Source of the DNA: an uncultured Collinsella sp.
GTDB taxonomy: Bacteria > Actinomycetota > Coriobacteriia > Coriobacteriales > Coriobacteriaceae
DNA length: 64,000 nucleotides
NCBI GenBank assembly: GCA_900542555.1
Contig: UQNU01000003.1
Location: forward strand, 29 to 64,028
Direction of reading: 5' to 3'
The stretch's first letter is position 1. Each line of letters starts with the position of its first letter. The position numbers were made by a program, and so were the translations under genes. The notes under the pieces were generated by a model. The model was not told where the DNA came from and searched no databases. It saw only the letters and a program-made list of their open reading frames with translations. This document shows positions 29,389 to 38,171 of the stretch, in pieces.

Positions 29389-30990
29389 ATGGATCAAAGC
29401 AAGCCTTCGTTCTTTATCACGACGCCCATCTACTACGTCAACGCCGATCCGCACCTGGGCACGGCTTATTCCACCATCATCGCCGACGTTCAGGCTCGCT
29501 ATCGCCGCTCCGCCGGCTATAACGTCAAGTTCCTGACCGGCATGGACGAGCACGGCGAGAAGGTCGCCGAGGCCGCAGCCAAGCACAACATGACGCCGCA
29601 GGAGTGGACCGACAGCCAGGCTCCGCACTTCAAGGAGCTTTGGAGCAAGCTCGAGATCTCCAACGACGACTTCATCCGCACCACCGAGCCGCGCCAGCAT
29701 CATGCCGTGCAGTACCTGTGGGAGCGCATGAAGGAGTCCGGCTACCTGTATAAGGGCAGCTACGACGGCTGGTATTGCGTGCCTGACGAGACCTACTTCA
29801 CCGATACGCAGGTCCAGAAGGGTGACGAGGAGTACGGCAGCGTCGGCCAGCACCTGTGCCCCGACTGCCACCGTCCGCTTGAGCGCGTGCAGGAGGAGTC
29901 CTACTTCTTTAAGCTTTCCGCCTTCCAGGACAAGCTGCTCAAGCTCTATGACGAGCACCCCGACTTTGTCGAGCCTGCGTTCCGCATGAACGAGGTTCGC
30001 AGCTTTGTCGAGGGCGGCCTTAACGACCTATCCGTGAGCCGTACGAGCTTTGACTGGGGCATTCAGGTCCCGTTTGACGAGGGTCACGTGACCTACGTGT
30101 GGTTCGATGCGCTGCTCAACTATATGACGGCCGTCGGCTACGGTGTCGACACCGACGAGGCGCGTGCCGAGCTGGCCTATCGCTGGCCCGCGCAGTTCCA
30201 CATCGTGGGTAAGGACATCATCCGCTTCCACTGCGTCATTTGGCCCGCCATGCTCATGGCCATCGGCGAGGCCCTGCCCGAGCACGTCTTTGCCCACGGC
30301 TTCCTGACCGTGCGCAATGCCGAGACCGGCAAGGCCGAGAAGATGTCCAAGAGCCGCGGCAACGCCATCGCTCCGCAGGACGTTATCGACATGCTGGGCG
30401 TCGAGGGCTATCGCTACTACTTTATGACCGACGTGGTGCCCGGCACCGACGGCGCCATCAGCTTCGAGCGCATGGAGCAGGTCTACAACGCCGACCTGGC
30501 CAACAGCTGGGGCAACCTTATCTCGCGTTCGCTCAACATGAGCGGCAAGTACTTCGACGGTTGCGCGCCCGCCAAGCCCGCATCGTTCGATGCGTTCGAC
30601 AACCCGCTGGCAAAGATCGCCGATGGTCTGGTCGAGCGCTACATGGCCAAGATGGACGTGCTCGATTACGGTGGAGCCAAGGACGAGGTCATGGAGCTCA
30701 TCCACGCCGCCAACCACTACATCGAGGACTCCGAGCCTTGGGCACTTGCCAAGGACGAGGCCAAGGCTGACGAGCTGGCGTTTGTGATCTACAACCTGCT
30801 CGAGGCCATCCGCATTGCCGCTCACCTGCTGATGCCGCTCATGCCCCAGACTTCTGCCGAGGCTCTGCGCCGCCTGTCCTGCGAGGACGAGGCCGCGAGC
30901 GACGATCTCAAGGGCATTTGCGCTTGGGGCCTGCTTGCTGGTGGTCAGCCCGTCGAGAAGGGCGATCCGCTGTTCCCGCGTCTGGCGTAG
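29389..30990 (+). CDS. metG: Methionine--tRNA ligase (short form)
   Basis: PIYYVNADPHLGTAYS (HIGH region), KMSKSRGN (KMSKS) and a CPDC zinc knuckle. Confidence 0.95.
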   Translation: MDQSKPSFFITTPIYYVNADPHLGTAYSTIIADVQARYRRSAGYNVKFLTGMDEHGEKVAEAAAKHNMTPQEWTDSQAPHFKELWSKLEISNDDFIRTTEPRQHHAVQYLWERMKESGYLYKGSYDGWYCVPDETYFTDTQVQKGDEEYGSVGQHLCPDCHRPLERVQEESYFFKLSAFQDKLLKLYDEHPDFVEPAFRMNEVRSFVEGGLNDLSVSRTSFDWGIQVPFDEGHVTYVWFDALLNYMTAVGYGVDTDEARAELAYRWPAQFHIVGKDIIRFHCVIWPAMLMAIGEALPEHVFAHGFLTVRNAETGKAEKMSKSRGNAIAPQDVIDMLGVEGYRYYFMTDVVPGTDGAISFERMEQVYNADLANSWGNLISRSLNMSGKYFDGCAPAKPASFDAFDNPLAKIADGLVERYMAKMDVLDYGGAKDEVMELIHAANHYIEDSEPWALAKDEAKADELAFVIYNLLEAIRIAAHLLMPLMPQTSAEALRRLSCEDEAASDDLKGICAWGLLAGGQPVEKGDPLFPRLA

Positions 30991-31032
30991 AGACCGCGCG
31001 AGCGCCATATCGGCAATTTGCTATTTGGATGT

Positions 31033-31065
31033 AAGGGCATGGCCGCAACGGTCCATGCCCTTTCG
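31033..31065 (+). terminator. Intrinsic terminator of metG
   Basis: aagggcatgg-ccgcaacggt-ccatgccctt followed by tcgttt. Confidence 0.7.
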
Positions 31066-31100
31066 TTTCAAGACGCCGCCATCATGCTAAGGAGGCAACT

Positions 31101-31961
31101 ATGACAACTTCGCCTTTGGCAAACCCCACGGCAACTAGGGAGCTGCTGGAGGAGTTTGGCCTTGCGACCAAGCATCGCCTGGGCCAAAACTTCCTGATCG
31201 ACAACCATGTGATCGAGCGCATCTGCGAGCTTTCCGAGCTCACGGGCGATGAGCGCGTGCTCGAGGTTGGCCCGGGCGTTGGTACGCTCACGCTTGCGCT
31301 GCTGCAGGAGGCGGCGTGCGTCACGTCGATCGAGGCCGACCCCGAGCTCGAGCCGGTGCTCGACGCCCATGCCGCCGACTACGCCAACTTCCGCTTTATC
31401 ATGGGCGACGCGCTTAAGGTGACGCCGGAGCAGATTGAGCAGGCTGCGGGCGGTGAGCCGACGGTGTTTGTCGCGAACCTGCCCTATAACGTGGCGGCGA
31501 CGATCATCCTGCAGTTCTTCCAGACGATGCCGGCGCTCAAGCGTGCCGTCGTCATGGTGCAAAAGGAGGTTGCCGATCGCATTGCCGCAGTGCCGGGCAA
31601 CAAGACCTATGGCGGCTATACGGCAAAGCTCGGCCTGTATGCGCAGGTGACGGGTCGCTTTGAGGTGCCGCCGCGCTGCTTTATGCCGGCGCCGCACGTG
31701 GACTCGGCCGTCGTGCGTATCGACCGTGTTGACGGCGTGGTGCCCGAAGGACTCGATCGCGAATTTGTGGCCCGCGTGATTGATGCTGCATTTGCTCAGC
31801 GTCGCAAGACCATCCGCAATTCTATGAGCGCCAACGGCTTTGCCAAGGACGTGCTCGATGCCGCCTTTGAGGCTTGCGGTATCGCACCCACCACGCGCGC
31901 CGAGACGCTTGATGTTGCCGACTTTGTCCGCTTGGCTCAGGAGCTTTCCCATGACGCCTAA
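31101..31961 (+). CDS. rsmA: 16S rRNA (adenine1518/1519-N6)-dimethyltransferase
   Basis: LGQNFLID and EVGPGVGTLT SAM-binding motifs. Confidence 0.9.
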   Translation: MTTSPLANPTATRELLEEFGLATKHRLGQNFLIDNHVIERICELSELTGDERVLEVGPGVGTLTLALLQEAACVTSIEADPELEPVLDAHAADYANFRFIMGDALKVTPEQIEQAAGGEPTVFVANLPYNVAATIILQFFQTMPALKRAVVMVQKEVADRIAAVPGNKTYGGYTAKLGLYAQVTGRFEVPPRCFMPAPHVDSAVVRIDRVDGVVPEGLDREFVARVIDAAFAQRRKTIRNSMSANGFAKDVLDAAFEACGIAPTTRAETLDVADFVRLAQELSHDA

Positions 31962-32868
31962 TGTCGAACGCGTGACGTTTACCAAGAAAAAGAAGACGGT
32001 TGCTTGTCCCGTGCCCTTGGCACCGCTTGCCGACACGCATGCGCATCTGCTTTCGTTTTGGGGCAAAGAAGTGCCCGAGACGCTCGTGCGCGCCAAAGCC
32101 GCGGGCGTCGACCTGTTGGTGACGATGTTCGATCCCATTGCCGATAAACGCAGCGTGACGGACTATAGCGACTGGCTGACACGCGAGATTCTGCCGATGC
32201 AGGATATCCCGCAGATCAAGTATCTTGTCGGCGTGCATCCGTATGGCGCGCCGGACTATACCGACGACGTTCACGCACAGATCGTTGCCGCACTCGATGA
32301 CCCTTTGTGCGCCGGTATTGGCGAAATCGGCCTGGACTACCACATGGACTATGACGACGATATCGTGCCGGCACCCCATAACGTGCAGATTGACTGTATG
32401 GCACGTCAGCTCGAAGTTGCCGTGCGCCGCAATGTGCCGGTGGAGCTACACCTGCGGCACGAGGACTCGGATGGGGAGCGCACCTCGCACGTTGATGCGT
32501 ACAACGTACTGCGCGAGGTGGGTGTGCCCCAGGCCGGTTGTGTGCTGCACTGTTTTGGCGAGGACCGCGCCACGATGGAGCGCTTTGTGGAGCTGGGCTG
32601 CTATATCGCCTATGGTGGTGCGGCCACCTTTAAGCGCAACGACGACGTGCGCGAGGCATTTGCGGCAACCCCACTCGATCGAATTTTGTTCGAGACGGAT
32701 TGCCCGTATATGGCTCCGGAGCCCATCCGCGGTCTTGAATGCGAACCCGCAATGATCTCCATTACGGCAAACGCGCTGGTTAACGACCGTGTCGATCGCA
32801 CTGGTGAGGACGCCGAAACAATCGCGCAAGCCGCTTGGGAGAATGCCTGCAAACTTTTTCAAAAATAG
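31951..32868 (+). CDS. tatD: TatD-family metal-dependent hydrolase
   Basis: Start at ATG 31951, overlapping the rsmA end. DTHAHL, GEIGLDYH and FETDCPYM motifs. Confidence 0.85.
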   Translation: MTPNVERVTFTKKKKTVACPVPLAPLADTHAHLLSFWGKEVPETLVRAKAAGVDLLVTMFDPIADKRSVTDYSDWLTREILPMQDIPQIKYLVGVHPYGAPDYTDDVHAQIVAALDDPLCAGIGEIGLDYHMDYDDDIVPAPHNVQIDCMARQLEVAVRRNVPVELHLRHEDSDGERTSHVDAYNVLREVGVPQAGCVLHCFGEDRATMERFVELGCYIAYGGAATFKRNDDVREAFAATPLDRILFETDCPYMAPEPIRGLECEPAMISITANALVNDRVDRTGEDAETIAQAAWENACKLFQK

Positions 32869-32911
32869 TTCTTGCGTTCGTGGTGGCGCTCCGTTATTCT
32901 AATTCCTGCAC

Positions 32912-32998
32912 GCGGGCGTGGCGGAATTGGCAGACGCGTACGGTTCAGGTCCGTATGGGGGCAACCCCATGAAGGTTCAAGTCCTTTCGCCCGCACCA
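32912..32998 (+). tRNA. tRNA-Leu (CAG)
   Basis: Acceptor gcgggcg/cgcccgc. Anticodon stem tacgg/ccgta with loop ttCAGgt. Long variable arm. T arm aagg-ttcaagt-cctt. CCA is encoded. Promoter ttgcgt (32872-32877) / tattct (32895-32900). Confidence 0.95.
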
Positions 32999-33044
32999 TT
33001 AAATGAAAGAGCTCCCAGTAATGGGAGCTTTTTTGTTATGGGCC
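32981..33044 (+). repeat. Direct repeat copy 1: tRNA-Leu 3' part plus its terminator
   Basis: This 64-nt segment recurs at 33170-33233 (59/64 identical). Confidence 0.9.
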
Positions 33045-33052
33045 CATCGCAG

Positions 33053-33064
33053 GGACTTGAACCT
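33053..33064. repeat. Inverted copy of the tRNA-Leu T-arm
   Basis: ggacttgaacct is the exact reverse complement of aggttcaagtcc (32973-32984). Confidence 0.9.
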
Positions 33065-33169
33065 GCGAAGGAGCGAGCGCCAAGAAAACGCGGAGCGTTT
33101 TTAGCGAGCTGGCGAGGACGCCGGCAGGCGGCCGAAGCCGGTGCGAATCCGCGAAGCGGATACGCGGAC

Positions 33170-33233
33170 GTCCTTTTGCTCGCACCATTGATTGAAAGAG
33201 CTCCCAGCAATGGGAGCTTTTTTGTTATGGGCC
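33170..33233 (+). repeat. Direct repeat copy 2 of the tRNA-Leu 3' end plus terminator
   Basis: 59/64 identical to 32981-33044. Preceded by tacgcggac. Confidence 0.9.
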
Positions 33234-33304
33234 TCTTGTTGATGTCACGTTGCTGCTTCGTGCGGGTATCCTAGTGCCAACGTGTGCCTATCAGAGGAGA
33301 GACC

Positions 33305-34243
33305 ATGCTGTTTTCCGGTATCATCGCCGCCCTTACCAGCCTTTTGATTCCAATCATCATTTTGCTGCTGCTGCTTCCTAACGCCTGCTATGTCGTTGAA
33401 CAACAGCATGCCGTGATCATCGAGCGTCTGGGCAAGTTTAACCGCATCGTCAACGCGGGCTTCCACATGAAGGTGCCCGTGATCGACCGCAAGGCCGCCA
33501 CGGTGAGCCTGCGCACCATGAAAAACGGTTTTGGCATCGACGTTAAGACCCAGGACAACGTGACCATCGGCCTTGAGGTCTCTGCTCAGTACCACGTGAG
33601 CTATGACATGGGCGCCGGCCCGGCAGATTCGGGTATCTACAAGAGCTACTACATGCTGCAGGAGCCCGTCGACCAGATGCGTGACTTCATCACCGACGCC
33701 CTGCGCTCTTCGATCCCCGTCTACACACTCGATGAGGTCTTTGCCAAGAAGGATGACATCGCCAAGGATGTCAACGCTACCGTTTCCGAGCAGATGGCCG
33801 CCTACGGCTTCACCCTCGTGTCGACGCTCATCACCAAAATCGCACTGCCGACCGAGGTTGAGAACTCCATGAACGACATCAACGCTGCCCAGCGCAAGCG
33901 CGCTGCGGCACAGGAGCTCGCTGAGGCCGACCGCATCAAGCGCGTCACCGAGGCGACCGCCGAGGCCGAGGCAATGGAAAAGGCGGGCGAGGGCATCGCC
34001 AACCAGCGCAAGGCCATCGCGCTGGGTATCAAAGATTCGCTCGAGATCATCCAAGAGACGGGTGTCGGCAATGACGAGGCCAACCAACTGTTCATGTTTA
34101 CGCAGTGGTCCGAGATGATGACGGAGTTCGCTCGCACGGGTAAAACCTCGACGGTCGTGCTGCCGAGCGACTTTTCGCAGTCGGCCTCGATGTTCGAGCA
34201 GATGCTGACCGCCAGCAAAGTTCAAAACGATTCGAAGGAGTAG
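33305..34243 (+). CDS. SPFH/band-7 (stomatin/prohibitin-like) membrane protein
   Basis: N-terminal TM helix, then VVEQQHAVIIERLGKFNRIV and an Ala/Glu-rich coiled coil, as is typical of SPFH proteins. Confidence 0.85.
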   Translation: MLFSGIIAALTSLLIPIIILLLLLPNACYVVEQQHAVIIERLGKFNRIVNAGFHMKVPVIDRKAATVSLRTMKNGFGIDVKTQDNVTIGLEVSAQYHVSYDMGAGPADSGIYKSYYMLQEPVDQMRDFITDALRSSIPVYTLDEVFAKKDDIAKDVNATVSEQMAAYGFTLVSTLITKIALPTEVENSMNDINAAQRKRAAAQELAEADRIKRVTEATAEAEAMEKAGEGIANQRKAIALGIKDSLEIIQETGVGNDEANQLFMFTQWSEMMTEFARTGKTSTVVLPSDFSQSASMFEQMLTASKVQNDSKE

Positions 34244-34249
34244 ACGCGC

Positions 34250-34720
34250 GTGAAATACACCGTCGTTTGCGTCGGTAAGCTCAAGGAGCGCTTTTGGAAG
34301 GATGCCTGCGCTGAGTACACCAAGCGCCTAGGTGCCTATGCCAAGGTTGATATCCGCGAGGTGGCCGATATCGACCCGGCTAAGGCGGGCGGCGTGGATG
34401 CCGCGCGCGACAAGGAGGGGGCGGCGATTCTTGCTGCCCTGCCGTCTCGGGCGCATGTGATCCTGCTGGCTATCGAGGGCAAGGAGCGTTCGAGTGAGGA
34501 ACTCTCGGCGCGGCTCGACGATCTTATGCTGCGAGGCAGCAGCGACATTGCCTTTGTAATCGGCGGTTCGGACGGCGTGAGTGATGAGGTACGCGCCCGC
34601 GCCGACGAGATGCTCAGCTTTGGACGCATTACCTTGCCGCATAACCTGGCGCGTGTGGTGCTGCTAGAGCAGATTTACCGTGCCTGCAAGATCAGTCGTG
34701 GCGAGCCGTATCACAAATAG
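34250..34720 (+). CDS. rlmH: 23S rRNA (pseudouridine1915-N3)-methyltransferase
   Basis: 156 aa, SPOUT family. VGKLKE..., FVIGGSDG and ITLPHNLARVVLLEQIYRA. Confidence 0.9.
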   Translation: MKYTVVCVGKLKERFWKDACAEYTKRLGAYAKVDIREVADIDPAKAGGVDAARDKEGAAILAALPSRAHVILLAIEGKERSSEELSARLDDLMLRGSSDIAFVIGGSDGVSDEVRARADEMLSFGRITLPHNLARVVLLEQIYRACKISRGEPYHK

Positions 34721-34793
34721 GTCGGCAATACGAAACAATGGCGTGGGACAATACCTTTCGTTTTGAGGAATGCATCTGAGAGGACTGTGTGAT

Positions 34794-35564
34794 ATGAAGA
34801 TCGGATTTGTCGGTTTTGGCAATATGGCGAGCGCTATGGCCGATGGCTGGATTGCCGCCGGCGTGGCCGCGGGCGACATGTGCGCCTGCGCAGGCCGTTA
34901 CGATGCTCTGGTCGAGCGTTGCGAGGCGCGGGGCATGGCTGCCTGCCACGATGCGGCGGAGGTCGTTGCCGCGTCCGATATCGTGGTTGCGGCGGTCAAG
35001 CCGTACATGATTGAGAAGGTCTTCGCTCCACTCAAGGATGCGCTTGCCGACAAGGTCGTCCTTTCGGTCGCCTGGACCTGGGACAGTGCCAAGTGGGAGC
35101 AGGTCCTACCGGGCGTCGCGCATATCTCGACGGTGCCCAACACACCGGTTTCGGTGGGCGAGGGCGTCATCGCTTGTGAGAAGGCTTCCACGCTTAGTGA
35201 TGAGCAGAGCGCAGTGGTGCTTGATCTGCTTGGCAAGCTCGGTGCGGTGGTCGAGCTCGATACGAGCCTGCTGTTTGTGGGTGGCACGGTGGGTGGTTGT
35301 GCTCCGGCATTTGTCGCTATGGCAATCGAGGCCCTGGGCGATGCGGCGGTCAAGCATGGTATCCCGCGTGCCGATGCCTATCGCATTGTGAGCCAGATGG
35401 TGCTGGGTACGGCAAAGCTGCAGCTTTCAACTGGTCAGCATCCTGCGGCGATGAAGGATGCCGTATGCTCGCCCGGTGGCGCCACCATCAAGGGCGTCGT
35501 TGCGCTCGAGGACGCCGGCATGCGCAGCGCCCTGGTCAAGGCAATCGACGCAACCCTCCAGTAA
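34794..35564 (+). CDS. proC: Pyrroline-5-carboxylate reductase
   Basis: MKIGFVGFGNMASAM Rossmann N-terminus and C-terminal VCSPGGATIKGV. Confidence 0.9.
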   Translation: MKIGFVGFGNMASAMADGWIAAGVAAGDMCACAGRYDALVERCEARGMAACHDAAEVVAASDIVVAAVKPYMIEKVFAPLKDALADKVVLSVAWTWDSAKWEQVLPGVAHISTVPNTPVSVGEGVIACEKASTLSDEQSAVVLDLLGKLGAVVELDTSLLFVGGTVGGCAPAFVAMAIEALGDAAVKHGIPRADAYRIVSQMVLGTAKLQLSTGQHPAAMKDAVCSPGGATIKGVVALEDAGMRSALVKAIDATLQ

Positions 35565-35722
35565 AACCTGCCATTTAGGGACAGGTTTATTTTGGCAGGT
35601 TTTTCTGCGGTTTTGTCCTTTTAGCGAAAAGCGCCCCGCAACTGGCTCAATTCCAGTTGCGGGGCGCTTGCGTTTGCCCAGATAAAACCGACCAAAATAA
35701 ACCTGTCCCTTTTTGGCAGGTT
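35565..35722. repeat. 158-bp MITE-like element: 37-bp terminal inverted repeats around a 15-bp-stem hairpin
   Basis: Left arm aacctgccatttagggacaggtttattttggcaggtt (35565-35601). Right arm 35686-35722, whose reverse complement matches at 32/37. Core hairpin gcgccccgcaactgg (35631-35645) / ccagttgcggggcgc (35653-35667). The element exactly fills the gap between two convergent stop codons. Confidence 0.75.
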
Positions 35723-35894
35723 AGTCCCAGAAGCTGTCTTCCTCATCCTCGGACTTGGGCCCGCGGTCGACGTACATCTTATGGGTGCGCTTCTCCATTA
35801 CAAAGGCAAGAATCGCAAATAACAGGATGCCGCCGGCGAAAAGGATGGCAAAACCGGTGCGGGTGCCAAACAAAAAGGAAAAAACTGCGTCCAT
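35721..35894 (-). CDS. Small (57-aa) single-pass membrane protein; below the ORF-track length cutoff
   Basis: Manual translation: MDAVFSFLFGTRTGFAILFAGGILLFAILAFVMEKRTHKMYVDRGPKSEDEEDSFWD. GAAGG SD about 8 nt upstream. The stop lies inside the right arm of the 35565-35722 element. Confidence 0.5.
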   Translation of the reverse strand: MDAVFSFLFGTRTGFAILFAGGILLFAILAFVMEKRTHKMYVDRGPKSEDEEDSFWD

Positions 35895-36005
35895 TGGGTG
35901 CCTTCTTGCGTAGTTGAGTTGGGTCGTAAACGCTCATAAGTATATACTTGCCCATACATGTACAAGGTTGCAACCTAAATGGAATGTATATCGCCGGAGG
36001 ATCTA

Positions 36006-37289
36006 ATGCTTGATATCAAGTTTGTTCGCGAGAACCCCGATGCCATCGATGTCGCCATGGCTAACCGCCAGACGTCTTGGGATCGCGAGAAGTTCTTTGA
36101 GCTCGACGACGAGCGCCGTGCCGTCATCACCGAGGTCGAGGAGCTCCAGGCTACGCGCAATGCCGAGTCCAAGAAGATCGGCGCCCTGATGAAGGAGGGC
36201 AAGAAGGAGGAGGCCGAGGCCGCCAAGGAGGCCGTGCGCGCCGTCAACGAGAAGATTGACGGTCTGGCCGAGCGCCGCACCGCTCTCGAGCAGGAGCAGT
36301 ACGACTTCATGGCTCACCTGCCCAACATTCCGTGCGAGGCCACCCCGTACGGTAAGGACGAGGACGAGAACATCGAGCGTCGCCGCTGGGGCACCCCGCG
36401 CGAGTTCGACTTCGACTTTAAGCCGCACTGGGATCTGGGCACCGATCTGGACATCCTCGACTTCGAGCGCGGCAACAAGCTCTCCGGCAGCCGCTTCACC
36501 GTTCTCGGTGGCGCCGGCGCCCGTCTGGAGCGCGCCCTCATCAACTTCTTCCTCGATACGCACACCAGCCGTGGCTTTAAGGAGTGGTGGCCGCCCATCG
36601 TCGTCAAGCGTCAGACCATGTTTGGCACGGGTCAGCTGCCCAAGTTCGAGGACGACGCCTATCACGTCTCGGGTGACAACTTCCTGATCCCCACCGCCGA
36701 GGTCGTGCTCACCAACCTGCACGCCGGCGAGGTCCTCGATGCCGACACCCTGCCGCGCCGCTACACCGCCTTCACCCCCTGCTTCCGTGAGGAGGCCGGC
36801 TCCGCCGGTCGCGACACCCGCGGCATCATCCGTCAGCACGAGTTCGACAAGGTCGAGATGGTCAAGTTCGCCAAGCCGGAGGAGTCCGACGATGAGCTCG
36901 AGAGCATGACCGCCGAGGCCGAGTACCTGCTGCAGCAGCTGGGCCTTCCGTATCGCGTGATTAGCCTGTGCACCGGCGACTTGGGCTTCTCTGCCCGTCA
37001 GACCTACGACGTCGAGGTCTGGCTGCCGAGCTACAACGCCTACAAGGAGATCAGCTCCTGCTCCAACTGCGGTGACTTCCAGGCTCGCCGCGCCAACATC
37101 AAGTATCGCGACCCCGAGAACTTCAAGGGTTCGCGCTACCTGCACACCCTCAATGGTTCCGGCCTGCCGGCCGGCCGCACCATGGCCGCCATTCTGGAGA
37201 ACTACCAGAACGCCGACGGCACCATCACGATCCCCGAGGTTCTGCGTCCTTACATGGGTGGTCTCGAGAAGATCGAGCCGGTCGCGTAA
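36006..37289 (+). CDS. serS: Serine--tRNA ligase
   Basis: [12 protein letters not shown]-terminus, coiled-coil arm and class II motifs ([23 protein letters not shown]). Start at ATG 36006. Confidence 0.95.
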   Translation: MLDIKFVRENPDAIDVAMANRQTSWDREKFFELDDERRAVITEVEELQATRNAESKKIGALMKEGKKEEAEAAKEAVRAVNEKIDGLAERRTALEQEQYDFMAHLPNIPCEATPYGKDEDENIERRRWGTPREFDFDFKPHWDLGTDLDILDFERGNKLSGSRFTVLGGAGARLERALINFFLDTHTSRGFKEWWPPIVVKRQTMFGTGQLPKFEDDAYHVSGDNFLIPTAEVVLTNLHAGEVLDADTLPRRYTAFTPCFREEAGSAGRDTRGIIRQHEFDKVEMVKFAKPEESDDELESMTAEAEYLLQQLGLPYRVISLCTGDLGFSARQTYDVEVWLPSYNAYKEISSCSNCGDFQARRANIKYRDPENFKGSRYLHTLNGSGLPAGRTMAAILENYQNADGTITIPEVLRPYMGGLEKIEPVA

Positions 37290-37312
37290 GTTGGCTGCAT
37301 AGGGGATATGCA

Positions 37313-37341
37313 AGGGCGCTCCTTCGGGGGCGCCCTATTTT
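37313..37341 (+). terminator. Intrinsic terminator of serS
   Basis: agggcgctcc-ttcg-ggggcgccct followed by atttt. Confidence 0.8.
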
Positions 37342-37462
37342 GTGCGTAGGTCCATACCATGCCGTGCGGACAGCTCAATAGAAAACACACGAACAACTGT
37401 TCTGTATACAGCCATCTACCTGCTATGCTTTTGCTAAATAAGAGCGAGAGAAAGGGGACGCG

Positions 37463-37840
37463 ATGGAGCTGTTTGATGATCGGGTGGTTTTGTTTGAGAG
37501 CGACGAGGGCGGGGAGTACCTGCTTGTAACGTGTGAGCCGTCTGGCATGGGTGGCCTGGTGGTTCGACAGACGAGTGAGGGTCCGTTGACCCAATGGTGC
37601 TTTGAGGAGTCGCCGCATGTGGTCGAGACCTTTGTGACGCATGAGGCGCTTGTTGTCCTTGAGCACTTCTATGGCGTTGGAACTTCTAATCAGGTGGCCC
37701 GAATGCTGAGCATCTCGTTTGCCGACTACGACTGTGCGCAACGGGTGCGGTCGCTTCTGGGGGAGCTTGGCGCCGGGTTCGATGTGATCGAAAAGCCAAT
37801 CGATCGCACGAGAAGCGCCGATGCTTGTGGTGCAGCGTGA
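37463..37840 (+). CDS. Hypothetical protein (125 aa)
   Basis: ORF with an RBS (aaagggga) and host-like codon usage. No recognisable motif. Confidence 0.5.
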   Translation: MELFDDRVVLFESDEGGEYLLVTCEPSGMGGLVVRQTSEGPLTQWCFEESPHVVETFVTHEALVVLEHFYGVGTSNQVARMLSISFADYDCAQRVRSLLGELGAGFDVIEKPIDRTRSADACGAA

Positions 37841-37920
37841 CAAACTGCGGCCCGCGCGAAAAAAAGTTTGAGATTTTGCTTGACTCTAACGAACTAAAGT
37901 GGTTTTATATGTCTTGCGCT

Positions 37921-37997
37921 GCGGCGTTACCTCAGCTGGATAGAGGGTCTGACTACGAATCAGAACGTCATAGGTTCGAATCCTATACGCCGCACCA
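37921..37997 (+). tRNA. tRNA-Arg (ACG)
   Basis: Acceptor gcggcgt/acgccgc. Anticodon stem tctga/tcaga with loop ctACGaa. T arm atagg-ttcgaat-cctat. CCA is encoded. Promoter ttgact (37880-37885) with an AT-rich -10 at ~37903-37909. Confidence 0.95.
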
Positions 37998-38052
37998 ATT
38001 GAAATTGAAAGCCTCCGGCGACGGGGGCTTTTCTTTTACGTAAACACCGCAT

Positions 38053-38064
38053 GGATTCGAACCT
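38053..38064. repeat. Inverted copy of the tRNA-Arg T-arm
   Basis: ggattcgaacct is the exact reverse complement of aggttcgaatcc (37972-37983). Confidence 0.9.
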
Positions 38065-38171
38065 CGGTCAAAGGGGACTATTTCTCATCGACTCGTGTAA
38101 GATTTCGAGTATGCGCCTCGGTGAGCCCGTGGCGCGCTCTTTCTTTAGACGGCCGATCAGGGTGATATTTC

